Notes: generated by a model not told the origin, from the letters alone. Shown: positions 1-13,874, counted from the first letter of the whole stretch. The stretch: DNA of 63,625 nt, filler included, from Polymyxa betae A26-41 (GCA_003693705.1; 6 parts of 6 records of this genome joined end to end with filler, not necessarily neighbours in it), one strand, 5' to 3'. Program-made: numbers and translations.

Positions 1-1253
1 TCCACGTATCTCTCCCTCATAATCAATAAACTTATATATCTTTATTATTAGCAAACACTATTGCAAGCTGTTTCTGCAAAATAATTCGCCTATTGAACAC
101 CTCACGATTATTTTGTGGTTTTTTTGGAAGACTGATTGCAGACAGAGTATCAGTATCCATTACTTGGACGCTTTTTCTTGCCTCCGGAATGCCTGCCTTC
201 AATCAGGCCCTTTAAGCGACTTCGCGATACGCATTGAATGCTGACGTATTTCATGCACCATTCCAACTTTAGTCAAACCGTTTGCCAGCAAGGAAGATCA
301 CTGAACTTAATCCGGAGACTATTTCTAAGCGATCGCGTCAGTTGCAGCCCCTGGGGGCGCGCATCTTGAAGTATTTCCTGAATTGCATCCAGTGGAAGGC
401 GAGCCCATTTGCCGATATTGACCGCGCAATTAATACACAATGCATTGTGGCGTGTTTCAATGGCAAGCTTCTGCTCCTTCTGATCATTGAAAAAGGGTCG
501 ACAGAGCACTATGGGGTTTGACCATTCCTCTATCTCCAAGAATATTCTCCGTTCAGGATCTTTCATCCCATAGTGGAATGTGAGGGGCATCCATTTCTTC
601 TGCAAACCATTCGCCCATTCCATCTCTCATTTGTAGAAATGACCATTATAGTGTTTAATAAAAGCATAATCAGATTAAATGAAAAAAACATCAAAATGCT
701 TATTGTAGTGAGAAAGATGTAATATAGGAGTTTATTGATTGGCGAGATATTTGATGTGAACATAGATATGATACAGAAAACGACATGTATTGTTGGATTG
801 ATTAAGAACGAACGAGACACACGTTGTTTGAATGAGAGAATTGACAGTGAGTGTTGTATTTTCGGCTGAATCCGGTTGGAACTTTTTTTCTTGATTCGGA
901 CGCCTTGGTGACCTGGTGTCTCCACTCGGGATGAGAGTCCTGGAATCCTTGATATACGGCCAGTTCCTTATAAGGCCATTGCGGACGTGCCCTCCCATGA
1001 CTGAGGATGTAGTTGCTGACGTGCCATGGCGTGTACGGCTTGTGGAAGCAATTTACGTAGCCGGAATCCAGCAAATTTATCTCCAACACGCCCCCTCAGT
1101 TCTGTTGGGAGTCTTGGGTTCACAGATGACAAGCAGAAAGTTTTTAGACGAATAAACAAAATTGGTTTAGTAGAAGCAGAAGTAGCTGACAGTCTTTGAC
1201 TGCCTCCAGTAGGTCTCGCCTGACGTGTATGAACAGTCAGGAAACAGGGCATG

Positions 1254-1380
1254 ATCGATCAAAGAGGCCGCTCCCATCATAGGCGGAAGGAAGAAGGCTG
1301 CGCAAGCAGGATCGATCAAGAAGGCTGCTCATGCAGGATCGATCAAGGAGGCTGCTCCTATCACAGGCAGACGGCTGCTG
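1254..1380. repeat. Short imperfect direct repeats (GGATCGATCAAG-AGGCTGCT units)
   Basis: GATCGATCAA followed by AGGC(C/T)GCT recurs three times within about 130 bp. Confidence 0.6.
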
Positions 1381-4300
1381 TAACTATGGGGGAAGGACGA
1401 AGGCTGCGCGCGCACTTCTGAACACGCAGTCGGCCGAGGGCGAGTCGAGACTCTTAGATGATTTCGGTGATCACCAGGACCGATTTAAGCAAAGCACCTG
1501 ATAATACATGATGCTGAATTATCGCTGTTGTCGATTTTGTTTTTCAAAGTGCGAAGCCCAGGGATCTGATCCCGAATTTGTTCAAAGCTAAAGACTGGCG
1601 CTATGCCGGTGAGCAATTTGGGTGTTCAAAGAGCGAATCCAAAAGTAAAGTAAACGAACACTGCTTTGCTTCGAGGCGATGTCTCCATTATCATGGCTCA
1701 TAATAGCATAGCTATGGAACAGCCCATACTATACAGCTTTACCATGGAACGACAGTATCCTTGCAAAACTTCAGAGACGATTTATATAAGCTACTGGAGC
1801 CAAATTTTGCAAAATCGAAATTCCGATTGAAATTCCACTTTGACTGTTGAATATCTTCCAGTAGTTTGTCGACAATCTGCTGAAGCTGCGTTTGGTGTGT
1901 GTCACAATACCTATCAGCGTCGTTTTTTAATCGTTCAATGGAGATGTCGTCTGTTGCGTCTAAAGCAAGATCCCCAATTGTATACTATTCTTCAGCTCGA
2001 GCTTGGACACGATGGTAATGGATCTTTTCCGAAGAATTCTTAAATAATCTCTTACACGATTCGTGAACCGCTTCCCCTGAAGTGGCAGCTCCAACGATCC
2101 AGTGCAACGTATTATTGGCCGATGAAATCGATAAACTGGAAATCCCTTTCACCTTTTCTCTTTTATTCCTGCTAACGAGCCAAAGAGCAGCACGTGTTAG
2201 GGGGTTCCTCCCATATTGAGTGTACATCCCCGCCACGGAGTTGTGACATTCTCATTCCTGTCACTGAGTCGACTCGCCCATGGCTACATGTCTTCATATC
2301 AGGAGGTCTTCAAACTTTTGCCGATCGCTATTATGTTACGGCTTTCAGTCGATGTCCGGCGTCAGTTAAAGTGCTTCAAGTTTAATTCTCCAAAGTCGGT
2401 CCGGACGGCTGTATTCACTAATGGCCGAACGTCCTCCGGGACTTTTGCGGACGGTTCCGCCAAGTGGTGCCCTCTTCATCGTACTCCGCGTTCACTATGC
2501 TTCAGAAAGCCCCGCATCAAAAACTCCGTCTTCATTTTCATCCGGACAGAGCTAAGGATCAGAATCAGCTGTCAGGCTCGAACACCTCTTCGAAAGAGTC
2601 CGGAGATAAACAAATCAAATTGGATTATTGGACATTATTCGAAATCCTTTCATTCATCTTCTACCTCTAAGGACTCCATGTCTAATAGTAGATACCGGAA
2701 TGCCCCTATCGATTGACACAATTTTTGCTTCGGCGAGTTATGATAGCAGTGAACCAGCTGATTGCGAGCGCTAGTCACGATGCTAGACCCTCAATGAATC
2801 CCGGCGAACACATTCAGCCAGCCCATGATTTGGCTGCTGTTTTAGCCCCCTAGCAAAAGCAGCAGAAAGCGTGGCAGACCACATTTGATGACAGAATCCG
2901 ATCTGCTCTTGCGAATTTTCCTAATGCAAGAAACGCACGCCACCATTGCTCCGCCTGCCTATACTTTTCTGTTGCGTCAAGCGACTTACAGAGAAACGGC
3001 AGGAGTGCCCGAGCACAGAGAAGTTTAACGCGGCAATCGCTGGAAAGCGTCCTGATACACTTCTCACTAGTTGATTGCGATATCAAAATTTGGTGATATA
3101 CAGTCGTCCCTCTCTATAACGTCACTCTTTATAGCAACATCTCCATAGAAGCCCAATAATGTTACATTGTACGGATATTGTTCTATAGATTCTCTACAAC
3201 CACATCAATGACATGGCAGCGCGGCCCCATCTCTGTCAGATGAGATTTTTATGGGGCTCTTTGCATCTCATCTCTATCATTAACAATACAAACTTGATTA
3301 TCTACCATTGCCTCGTCGCCCTTAGACTAGCCCACTAGAGGGTTAGCATTGCGTCTTGCGCTCAGACCTTTTATCACATGGTCCCTTCTCGTTCGAGAAA
3401 GAGAAAGTCGTTCGGGATAGCCGAGAATCAGCTGATTTTCCGAGTATACAATGAAAACATTAAAGAGAAAAAAACTAGAATTGCAGAGCTGCTTTCTGAA
3501 AGATTGGGTTATTCCGCTCGACTATTTCTGACTTTGTAAGAGACCTTGTAAGTACGAGAATCAAGTGAGCAAACTGACGTTAACGGCTTCAAATCCAAGG
3601 GCAGCCAAAATTTGTTAAGCACTTTTCGGAATAACCCCCAAGAACTGCCATAAACACTTCAAGAAAAATTTGTTAATCTTGAATTTTGTATCTATTCGAG
3701 AAAACCGACTCCTGTAATTGCTGCGAGTTATCGCAGCAATTACATGTATTAACATACATACAAATGGTCCATAGCCCGTAATATATTTTTATAATGTCGT
3801 CATAAAAAAAGAAAACCTGATTCAAACACCGAGATCTTCTGCCCCATTCGCCTCTGCGATTGCTTTATACTCGTGCCTACATCGACACAGGCGAGTCCCA
3901 TTCAGTTTTACGAGCGTCCCTTTTCGAAAATTCAGCAACCCGCCGACGTTCGGAGTTCGTTCATTCCAGCTCCCATCGACAGTTTTGTCTCTCTTGGCGC
4001 CAAGAACGCATTCATCCCTCGCCTGGGATTTGTCCAGATTGTAATTCTTTGTCATTACTCATTCACGACCCTTTACTCATAGCTTTGAACTTTTGATTAA
4101 GCTCAACGGTCACAATTGATAACAGAGTTTGAAAAAGTTGTACGGGTCGCAATGGAAATACCATGCATGCAACAAATTAGTCGAGCATGGCCTAACATGC
4201 TTTACGACGGACTACATCCCGTTGCAAATGTGGTAATATTCACCGATTCATTCCTAGAATCGGTAAAAAATAACTAAAGATGTGCTTTTTTAACCAAAAC

Positions 4301-4505
4301 TAAAATCTAATAGGTGACGTCACGCAGAAAATTTTCCCGAGTTATGTGGGCTCACCAAATTCTACCACGGACGCGCAGCAATAACATCCTTCTCGTGGCG
4401 GTGTGTGTTCCCACCAGGAAGCTGCGGTAACTAAGAATCTTCCCAGAGGGTGATAGTGGCATACACACCTGATTATAACTGCAAAATTTTTCGATGAAAA
4501 CTCAA

Positions 4506-5539
4506 TTAAGAATTATATTTATGATCATTCAGAAGTGAACGGTATTTTTTGACAAACAACAGTTTATTATTGCTTGTTACAAATAGATGCCAAATATAGG
4601 TTTGAAAACGACTCGTAAACAATGGCTGTTCTTCCAGACATAGCTGTGTGATCTGAATTATACATGCAAAAACCAATCGGTGTTTTTCGTCATCGGTATG
4701 TCGGAAGTCTCGCATGATGGCAAACTGCTTGATGCGCTTATTGACGGTCTCATGGCACGCCATCTCGGCCTTATGCTGCCGATTAAATTCCGTATCCCAG
4801 TTTGTCAGGGGGTGAGGGATTGGAGTTTTGAAATAGCGTCCGTCTAGAAAGCCGAGGTCTGCCAAAGCCCTCTCTCCTGGTTCTAGCATCTGAACAAAAA
4901 TCTCCCGCGCTAATTTTAAGTCTGGATTCGCTCCGCATGGCACCCCGCCTCACCACCAAACAATCCGCCTGTTCGGTCCAAACGATAACGCAACTAAATA
5001 CCGCAGCCCTGCATGATTCAATTTATGGGAGTAATATCTTCTATCCAGTGGGCGATGTTCGGCACGGAAGCAATCCTCCGTCAATAGTCACTGACGGATC
5101 CCGAACATTCCACTCATTCCATCTTTCGGAAAAATTCACCTTCATTTCTGGTTAGTAGGTATTTGCATAAAAAGGATCTTGAAAAATTTGTCCAATCTAA
5201 AAGGCTGTATAAAAAGAAAATTGATCTTTTAAATTCCATACCAGTGAAAGTTGAGAAATATGGTTTATCACTTTCCAAATCCATTTGCGAAAGGTTTTTG
5301 GCCCCACCGATTAGACCCCACTTCTTCTATAGGGTAGGTTTTTGAGAAAACAGAGTCCAAAGAAGGTGGGCTGGTTTGTAATCCAAAACGGAATGAGCAT
5401 CCTCCAGAAGAAGCCATATCTGCAGGCATGTACCCGCAGAGACACCGAAATGTGCTCGGAAAGCTCTGTCGTACGTTTGCGTTCCGGGACTGCCGCCGTT
5501 GATGAATTGTCGTGCAAGCTGTTGAAAATTCGGACGCAT
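4506..5539 (-). pseudogene. Degenerate PIF/Harbinger-superfamily (DDE_Tnp_4, ISL2EU-like) transposase
   Basis: Motifs spread over several frames: FRAHFGVS, HLLWTLF, KTFRKWIW, SVTIDG, YYSHKLNHAGLRY, PCGANPDL, ALADLGF, HETVNKRIKQF. Several frameshifts and stops. Confidence 0.8.
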
Positions 5540-6319
5540 TTGATTAGGTTGCACCGTTTTGTTTGTACGATGTGTCAATTTACTTAATAAAATGGATGAT
5601 TCAAAGAAACGCGCAGCAAAAAGTCCGCCACAGCGCAATTCTGTCGGAATGTCTCTGATTCTTCAGACGCGCAGCAACCAACATAATTCAGAGGCAACTT
5701 GCGGTAATCTAGTTTTAAAATGATAATCAGCGCGTTTAAAGTAAAACCTATAGGCATATGATTATTTTCCCAAATGCGCATCTACCCCTATTGTGCGCAA
5801 GAAGAGCCTAGGCCAATGCCAACACCGCTGACAAGATTTCAATGGATCTTTGGAAAGATAAATCTTACTTTAATGCTGCGCACTGTTTGAGGAAAGTGCG
5901 CACATTGTTGCTAGTTTTGCGCAGCATTTCTCAATACTTTCCTGTTTGGATCACAAATTGAGCATTTGGATTACCGCAACTACAGAAAGGTCCGTAACTC
6001 TCTTCGGTCGGCCTCTTCATGTCTTGAGTTGACGAGGTTCACCAAGCTCGCGATAAATTGTGCGTGAGTCGTTGGATTGCGCACTGTCCATCTATATGGT
6101 TCTTATGTTACTGAGTCCTTGCACCGGCACTGGGCCTGCGTCGGCCTGACGGTGCTCGCATCGGCGTTCGCGGTACACATCCCCGTAAGTCATGCATGAG
6201 CGTATCACACTGCTGGACTGTCCTTATGTGTCCACTGTCCACCAATTAGCTTGCGAACATCGAAAGCGCGCATAAATCCTTGTTGTTGTCGACTCTTTAT
6301 TTCAAACAAAACGGTAACA

Positions 6320-7169
6320 ATGGTGGATCCTCATCCGTTCGGGAATGCTGACTTCTCCGATACTCATTGGAAGCTGCTCGGGATGATATGCGCTCGCTTT
6401 CAGCAAGTGAATCCCGGTCAGCAGCTGTCGCCATCTCAGCTGATGCACGAATCAATGACCGACCCACTCACAAATGAGGTATTAGAGGAATCCCCATTTT
6501 CAAAATTCAAAAACGAGCACATTGAGTTCCAAGCTCCGATCATATTATAACGCCAAAACCAAACTGGCCCAATTAGCTCTCAAAACAGGAAACCCTAAAC
6601 CCTTGTAACGTTAACAACATTCTCCCAACAGGTTTAGTGGAGGGCGTCATTCCCCAGAGTCAGAATGTCAAAAACTTACTCATCGGGGCGAAGCGTTCAG
6701 AGATTGATTCCGTCACAACACCAACTCGGCCGCTAAGTCAGCAGCCTCGACTGTCTCCGAAGGTCGCGACGACTACAATTTCGAACGGATTGCACGAGCA
6801 GTTGACTTACCTAGATACCGTTCCAATCGAGAGAAGGTTCTTATTATCTTCCGAACTGTTGCCAATACTTCAACAACAGTTCGAATCAGTGACGACGGAC
6901 AGCGTGCTTTGTTCACAGTCCGTGATAAGATACAAACATGCCGTGAGCTCATTGACTATAACAAGGTATCAGAGGCAGAAGCGTTGCAGAAACACTTCCG
7001 CGAACACGAGCGGCTTCTGTTAAACTATGAGATCGAGCTGATGAAGGCTCCAGTTCGAACCACTGTGGAGAAACGTGTCGTTTGTAATGAAGTAGGGAAA
7101 CCAATCCGCTTAATGGTTACACTTACTATACGTGATGACGAGGAAAGTGATGACGCGCTTTCTTCCTGA
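6320..7169 (+). pseudogene. Fragmented ORF divergent from the DDE transposase; probable second (accessory) gene of that element
   Basis: Three successive ORF pieces (6251-6550, 6637-7023, 6909-7169) lie head-to-head with the transposase. The C-terminus resembles the ORF at 61309-61600. Confidence 0.4.
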
Positions 7170-7564
7170 ATTGCGAACTACGTACGATATATTTAAAAAT
7201 CCCTTCAATAAACTTCGTTTGTCACAAAAAATTCCAAAAGAATATAATTGAAAAATTCCGCAGCTTCCAGATTCGTGCACTACGCGCACTTCCGGATAAA
7301 TCTGCTAGATCTGTTGCTACTGCATTATTCTCCATATTTACCGACTTCGGCTTCCCATGTAACATGCAATCCGATAGCGGTACTGAATTTATCAATCGCC
7401 GCGCTAATACTCTAACTCAACAGTCCGGGATCGACCATCGCCTGATAACTGCCAACCATCCCCGAGCCTGAAATACAAGAATCCCCCCATTTATTGCAAA
7501 TCATATAGTCTAGGGTTTAGTAGACCATTTGTAGGTCAATATGGTGATGGTAGATCACTTCGTA

Positions 7565-7649
7565 GGATTGTATTGGATTGCACTATTCTTTCGCATCTTT
7601 CGGCGTGGAGGGCGGCACAGCCGAGTGCGGGGCCTGAGCTGGCGTCCGG
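7565..7649 (-). repeat. Short dispersed repeat; second copy of the non-LTR-type 3' fragment at 45120-45210
   Basis: Shares GGATTGCACTATT..TTCGCA.CTTTCGG..GGGCGGCACAG..GTGCGGGGCCTGA with 45120-45210. Confidence 0.7.
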
Positions 7650-7877
7650 TCTCTTAAACATTTCAGAGATAGTTTTGCCCTTGTATTCTCATATCGCAGC
7701 CATTCTTCGCAGCTTTTCGTGCAGTTTTGCCATAATCGAATAACTCTGAATTAAATAAGCATAAGAGGCCGCCTCGTAACAAAACATTCGGCGCAAAAAA
7801 AAGCGCGCTGTTCGACTCCGACAACGCAGCGACCCTTTTTGTCATTGTGAGAACCTCGTCCGAGATCTCTCCTGGAC

Positions 7878-10177
7878 ATGACGCTCGCCGCCATGCTCGT
7901 GGCCGTACTGGTCGTGGCCGGGGCTGGCGCCGCCGCCCCCGACGAGACCGGAAACGCGACATCGCAGCTGTGCTCTGGGTCGTTTCCGGATTCCGAATTG
8001 CTCACACGGATGACGGAGGCGATTCCGCGCCAGGCCCTGACTCCGCAACAGACCGTGGCCTTGTACGACCGTCTCATTAGCAGCGAGCACTTGCTGGAAG
8101 TTGAAAAGGCCGAGGGCCTGCATATGTTAATCGATGAAGTTGATGCGGACCTGGTTACGGGCGTGATATCATCCCGAATGTATTTGACAGCGGAGAAATC
8201 GCTCCTGGAGATATTCCTGGACCGGAGGCCGCAGCTGGACCAGGAGACAGCAGATCCGTAGAGCGATCTTCCTCCCACCGAGATCATCCAGGTGATCCCG
8301 CGATGCCGCGTTCCAGACAACGGGCGCGGATTGTCCGAGGCCGCGATCACCGCAGTCCGCGCTCGATATCCGTCTCCATTCGATCGCTGCTTCCCATTCG
8401 GACCTGACGACCAGCTGCTCGTGATGTTCCCGAGACAGACGCATCCGCTCGCCGATCCCGCCGTCCTCGTCGCTCTCCTGCGCTACGGAATCCGTTTCAA
8501 CCTCAAACAGTTCTGCGATTATGTTTATGTTTCACCTGAGCAAGCTGCGGACTTGATTCCGCTTTTATACTTCCAGGAGACGCTGTTCTCCAATGTCGTT
8601 TTTGGATTCATCCGTTCGGACAACCTGGAACACGCTCGGGCCGTGTTCCGACACCCGGCGGCCCCGCGACTAATTCAATCGAATCTGTTCGAGAGCATCG
8701 TGCGCGTCATGCGAAACGACCCGCCTTGGAGCTCGTTCCCGATCAAGCTGCTGCGATTCCTGACCGACTTGCCCGCCTTTGAGATCTGCTCGAATTCCAA
8801 CAGCTGCGCGTCTTGCTCGGGAGATGGCAGAAGTCGGATAGGGCAGACGACCCCTGGTTTCAGGCTCTCTTCGATATCATCCGACCTCAGATTCCGGACT
8901 TTGATGCCCGAAGGTCGCTGCAACGTCTCGGACTTCCGGATTGCGAGAATCCGAACGTGGAATCTGCAGACGTTCACGGGTCGGTTTCGATCGTCTTCCC
9001 GATAATGTCGTTCGAACCATTCTGTGCTCCGATCTGAGCGTCGCTCGCGTCTGCCCTCAAGTCTTTGTCGTCATCGATGCCGAAGCTGTTCTTCGGCGGC
9101 AATCAGGCGAGCGAATTCCCCGATCTGTTACGCTCGGTGCCGCAGCTGCTCGAAAGCAATCCCGAACTTCGTCGCTTTCTGACACCGGCGCGGGCCGTGA
9201 GCTGGTACGACCGGCTGATGTGGTGCGGGGAGTTCACGGTCTCCGACGAGCTGGAATTAGTCCGGATTTTGAGGACGGAATTCGATCCGGACCTGATTCG
9301 GGGCCTGGTCGCATCCGGGACGAAGCGGACGAGGTCGGCGATCATGGAACGGTTCCGGAGTCCGCCCGAGTCCGCAGCGGACATCCCCGCCCCTGTCCTG
9401 GCTGCGATCGAGCAGATGCCGCTCGATCAATGGAGTCGCTGGTCGTCCGTCGACGACGACGAGATCGTTCGCCGTCGATTTCCGCCTCCTTTTAACCGCA
9501 GTTTCCCATTCAGATCTTTGGTGGCTTTGGGGCTCTTGGACCGACCCGAACTCCGCCCGTTCCTGGACGACGCGGCCGTCGTGCTGGCTTTGCTGCGTTA
9601 CGGAATCCGATTCCCATTCGTTGCGTACTTCAGCAATGTGCAGATGAGCGACGATCAGATTGGAGAGAGGGCGCCCTTTATGCTGCATTCGGATCCGAAA
9701 GGCGTCATCGGCGCTCTCGGCGACCTCGTTCGCCATTCGCAGACGACGAACGTCGCTCGAATCCTGCTCTGGACCCCCGCGGCCCGGCATGCGATTCGGT
9801 CGTACCCGTCCCTGCTGGTGACGACGATCTCGCGCTTGATTGGTGTTTGCGGGCCGTGGACGTCCCCGTCCATTCGACTTCTTCGAATGGCGGCCGAGAT
9901 GCCGTTCTTCGTTGAGATCGCCGATCACCCAGACGATCACGGCTCTACGCTGCTCAGCGTTTGTTCGTATTACTGGACGCATTTCGCTCCTGCCAACAAA
10001 CAATGGTATCAGCTCCATCTCGACGTTCTACGACCTCTGATCGACGATTTCGACGAACAAATGGCGCGATTGGAAAGCGAACGTCAGGGCGGACGTCGTT
10101 CCGATGCTGGCGAGGTCCAGATCCGCGATCGCGTCGTCCGCAGCTCCCGAGCCGGAGCCCATCCGCGCTTAATATGA
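7878..10177 (+). pseudogene. Interrupted gene for a secreted protein with two tandem ~350-aa homologous halves (candidate effector)
   Basis: Signal peptide MTLAAMLVAVLVVAGAGA. ORFs 7878-8261 and 8292-9005 share a frame and are separated by one TAG; frameshifts follow near 8790 and 8960-9065. The halves align: LTPQQTVALYDRL/LTPARAVSWYDRL, RYPSPFDRCFPF/RFPPPFNRSFPF, LLRYGIRF twice, WFQALFDIIRP/WYQLHLDVLRP. Confidence 0.7.
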
Positions 10178-10344
10178 AAGATCAAAGACATTCGTTGCAA
10201 CAAGAGACCTGACACAACTAGACGTAAAAGCAAATAATGAAAAACATCGATTTTGTGCAAATGAGCAAAGCTGAAAAAATTCCAGGAAAAAATCACTTTG
10301 AAAAACCAAATTGCGACCATGAAGGAGTTTGCCCCATTTCGTCA

Positions 10345-11221
10345 CAGCCCTCTTTAAATAGGTTCCAGAACCGATCTACCTTAAATTGCTTATTTAGGGC
10401 TTGCCATCAATTTTATTTAAGGCTATTTAAGGCAAGAGTGATTGATAGTATTGCTGCAATAAAAGAAACTGTGGAAAATCGGCTTATAATGAAAGTAAAG
10501 TGAAAAACTGACCCTCTTGTAGAATTCCTTCAAGTGAAAGATCCGACAAGGACATCCAGAGTGGTTTTTTCTCACCTTTGATGGTCGGAAAATCGGCTTT
10601 CACTCTAGCAAGTGTTCTGAAATACTGTAGCTATGCCTCCACAAAACATTTGTAGGGTTTGAACTCGCGCAGTGAACATCATTCAGCGAAGCAAACGTCT
10701 ACAGCAGCTTTAGTATGTCGCTCGTCGTTGTATCCAGCACGTAATGTACAGGAATCGTCCTCAATCCATTGGATATCAGCATCAGAAATCACGTTACGAT
10801 GCAGGCGCGCTTTCATTCGAAGAATGATTGAACCGATTTCAGATCCCCTTAATTTGACAAGCTCTTATGGCGTGACAGGAGGGGTCTTGTTCTGCGATGC
10901 TTCATTCATGGCATCCCGTTCTGTAGCCACATTCGGAATACCATCCACCAATTAAACAAACAGCTGGGAGACTAACTTAGCAATGTTGTCTGGTTCTCAA
11001 ACTGGAATTTGACTTATAGCTTTCATCACGTGCGAGCCTAGATCATCGATAAAATCACTGAAAACAAAAACATTTTTCTCCAAAAAAGGAAATTTATTTA
11101 AAAAACGAACTTTTTTATAAGGAATCGCATCTTGACCACCCTTATTTAGGGCTCGCTGCGAGATTTATTTAGTGATATTTAAGTACCATCCCCATACAAG
11201 GGCCCTATTTAAAGAGGGCTG
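10345..11221 (-). mobile_element. Non-autonomous hAT-like deletion derivative (877 bp)
   Basis: 18-bp TIRs CAGCCCTCTTTAAATAGG / CCTATTTAAAGAGGGCTG. Minus-strand relic ARVKADFPTIKGEKKPLWMSLSDLSLEGIL resembles the C-terminus of protist hAT transposases. A second copy starts at 54261. No perfect TSD. Confidence 0.75.
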
Positions 11222-13874
11222 CATTTCGACCAACAATCGTTGAAAAGTTTTTTGAACAGCCCTGGCAGCAGCCGTCTTAGAAGTCCTATCAGAACCGTTT
11301 TTTCGCAGCTTACAATGTATGACGAGCTAATCCCTTGAACAGCCAGAAATCATTGGAGAAACGTCTGCAATAAACTCTTCGTGATGAGCTTGAAGCGACC
11401 CCTCGCTTATGATCGCTCATCAGCTCAGGATTGTCGATTTAAATCCAAAGAATGGTTCCAGTTTATTCATATTTCGAGCATCAGTATAAAGCCTGATAGC
11501 AAATTTTGCGGAAGAGACAAGAAAGATGTAAAAACCCTCCCAATTCTAGGGTTTGTTTCAGGTCCGACGTCTTGTTGGCTTTCAAAGTTGTATTTAGAAC
11601 ACGATCTGTCGGCACTTCGACCATGTCGTTCGGGTTCGTGAACAGTAAGCGGCCGGGTGCTATTTGCCGAATCCAATATGATCAGAAACATTTCAAGAGA
11701 ACGCTTGGTGGATATTTTGGCTTTTTAGTAACAGCACATTTTTCATTGAACTTTTTCCATTTCGCTGTTGGACCTTTTTTTTCAGCATCTTATTGAAAGT
11801 GTTCAGTTTGATGGCGGCGCGCTCCGTAGTTTGCATTTTCCAATTTCTTAATGTTGAATCAGATTGATTGGAGCATCTTCATTGTCCGAATCAACTCCTA
11901 CTCTCTGCGTCATCAATTCGAAGCAGCACAGCTGTGTTTCTGTTTCCATCAAATCGTAGCAATTCAGCTATCACACACTGAATTCGTCGCCTGCGTCGAT
12001 GGCGGTGACCACATCGTCCTGCGAACCAGGCGAGAGCCGGAAACAGATGACACTTGTTAATATGTTCCAGACAATTGTGTCTTGCCTCTGCATCCATCAA
12101 ACTCTGGGTCAGAATCCGATCATTAAGTAAGGGCTTTATCCTCTCTGCCTTTCCATGGACATACAGGTTGGTTCTCATTCTTTTTCTCAATACAATGCTC
12201 TTACATTTTGTATTTTTGAATTGGCTTTGGAGCTGTTAAATTTGTCAGATTTTTTTGTGGAAATTATAGTCAGGGTTGCTTATGAATTTCTCACGATAAC
12301 TAAGAGATAGCCACGACTGCAGCGATCTTTTGCCGTGGGCAGTTCTCTGCCGACATTTTGGTTCGCTTCAACGTCGATGGCTTAGGAATGAGCATACAAT
12401 ACGAGCGATGATGGTTGATTTCAATAAAGATCAGATCGATTCGGAAATATAGATTTGCTGTAGTTGGGGAATTGTACAATCTTGAAATTGCGATCTGTCA
12501 GATCGACTAAGATGAAGGTGTCAACGAAACATTCGCTCTTTCTTAATTCAAAACGCTGTACAGTATAAATTGCCTGACATTTCCTAAACAATTTGGATAT
12601 CGCTTTGGGCGATATAAGATCAACAGAGATCTCTAAAATACGTTCTAGTAAATTTCATAGTAACCTGTGCTGAATCAAAAAACAGTTTGTTGTTATTGTT
12701 TATTTTGTGTAGATTCCCATTTGTATAGATCCCAACACTTATGTTGATCATCGGATCGAGCGTGCTACGCTCATCTAGAAAAATGGATTTTTGAGCGAAA
12801 CCCGAATTTCATTGCAGCATATCTTTCTTTTATCTATTTACTTGATTTGTTGTTCGGTTTTCTGCTTGATCAATCACGATATTGTGGTTGTGTTAGACAT
12901 TCACTCATTTTTATGCAGTTCTGGTTGACGATGATGGCAAACTCATCGTTGTCAATTTGCGGCAAGCTTCGCTTCTATTCCGACAACCTCGTTTCGCCCA
13001 TGAAATCATCACTTCCCTAAAGTCGACGATGAGCTCGCATTCCAAACCCTGTTCCTGATAATCAGACGCTCTCCAACCCGAACGCTGAATGGCGTTATGA
13101 CGATTTCCCTCAGTCTATGCCTCTGTCGAACTGGATTTTGGACGCCAGGCCGGTCCTGGACGATGCCGACGTACAGGCCCAGGCCCTATTTAGTTGCTGG
13201 CAAAGGTAAGTCTCCTGTGACACCATCTGATTCGATTATTTGCCGCGAGCAACAATTTGATTTTGTTTTTGATCTTACTGTATGGCGTTTCTGGATCACC
13301 GTTCAAATCCGTCCTGCTTGATACTTGGCGGGGGTTCACCCTGCAATGGCATCGGCATTATCCGAAGCTTGGGTCAATGATTTCCTCTGAATTGTAAAAT
13401 GGCTATAGATAATGCGAAAATATAATAACTGGCGAACCGTAGGCTTTTCATTTGAGTCAAAGAATCGGCGATATTGACGGTTTAAAGATAATCAATTGGG
13501 AACGAGTTTCAACCTATTAAACAAATCAGCTTATTAGCAAAGTTGTAGGAGTGCATGATAGAAACCATACTAACCGCAGACAAATTCATTGGCAGCATGG
13601 TAGGAAAACCCTTAGTTCATTAATAAATATCGGCTAGCTCATTAGTCCTGGTTCGGCCTCGATCAGATTCTATTTAAATATGCATATCTCTTCAAAAATT
13701 CAGATTCTGACAGCAAATACTGAAAAAGAAAAGGATATACATATTTAATGAGACTCGTAGGCTGACTTAATTTTTGTCTGAAAACGTTTTCACTGTTGGC
13801 TTCTCTCTTCCGTGATTTTTGATTCAGAACGAACCAGTTCTAGTGTAAGGAAATGGAAAACGATATTAACGACA

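Noticed and set aside
273-2716. Broken ORFs, including WARLPLDAIQEIL (F-box-like)
   Set aside because: No coherent gene model or family could be supported.
3101-3600. TA-CAGTCGTCCCTCTCTATAACG, a pogo-like terminus
   Set aside because: No matching second TIR or convincing transposase motifs found.
8259-8261. Stop-codon readthrough or an alternative genetic code (also the TGAs at 46105 and about 46285)
   Set aside because: The same genes also carry frameshifts, and housekeeping genes use standard stops; ordinary decay explains them.
7663-10018. Long antisense and alternate-frame ORFs over the GC-rich secreted gene (likewise 30381-30824, 33097-33473, 34698-35730, 24026-24583)
   Set aside because: Shadow ORFs expected from GC-rich codon usage; no independent motifs.
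11380-13320. Fragmentary coding-like stretches with splice-like sites
   Set aside because: Multiple stops and no recognisable motif.
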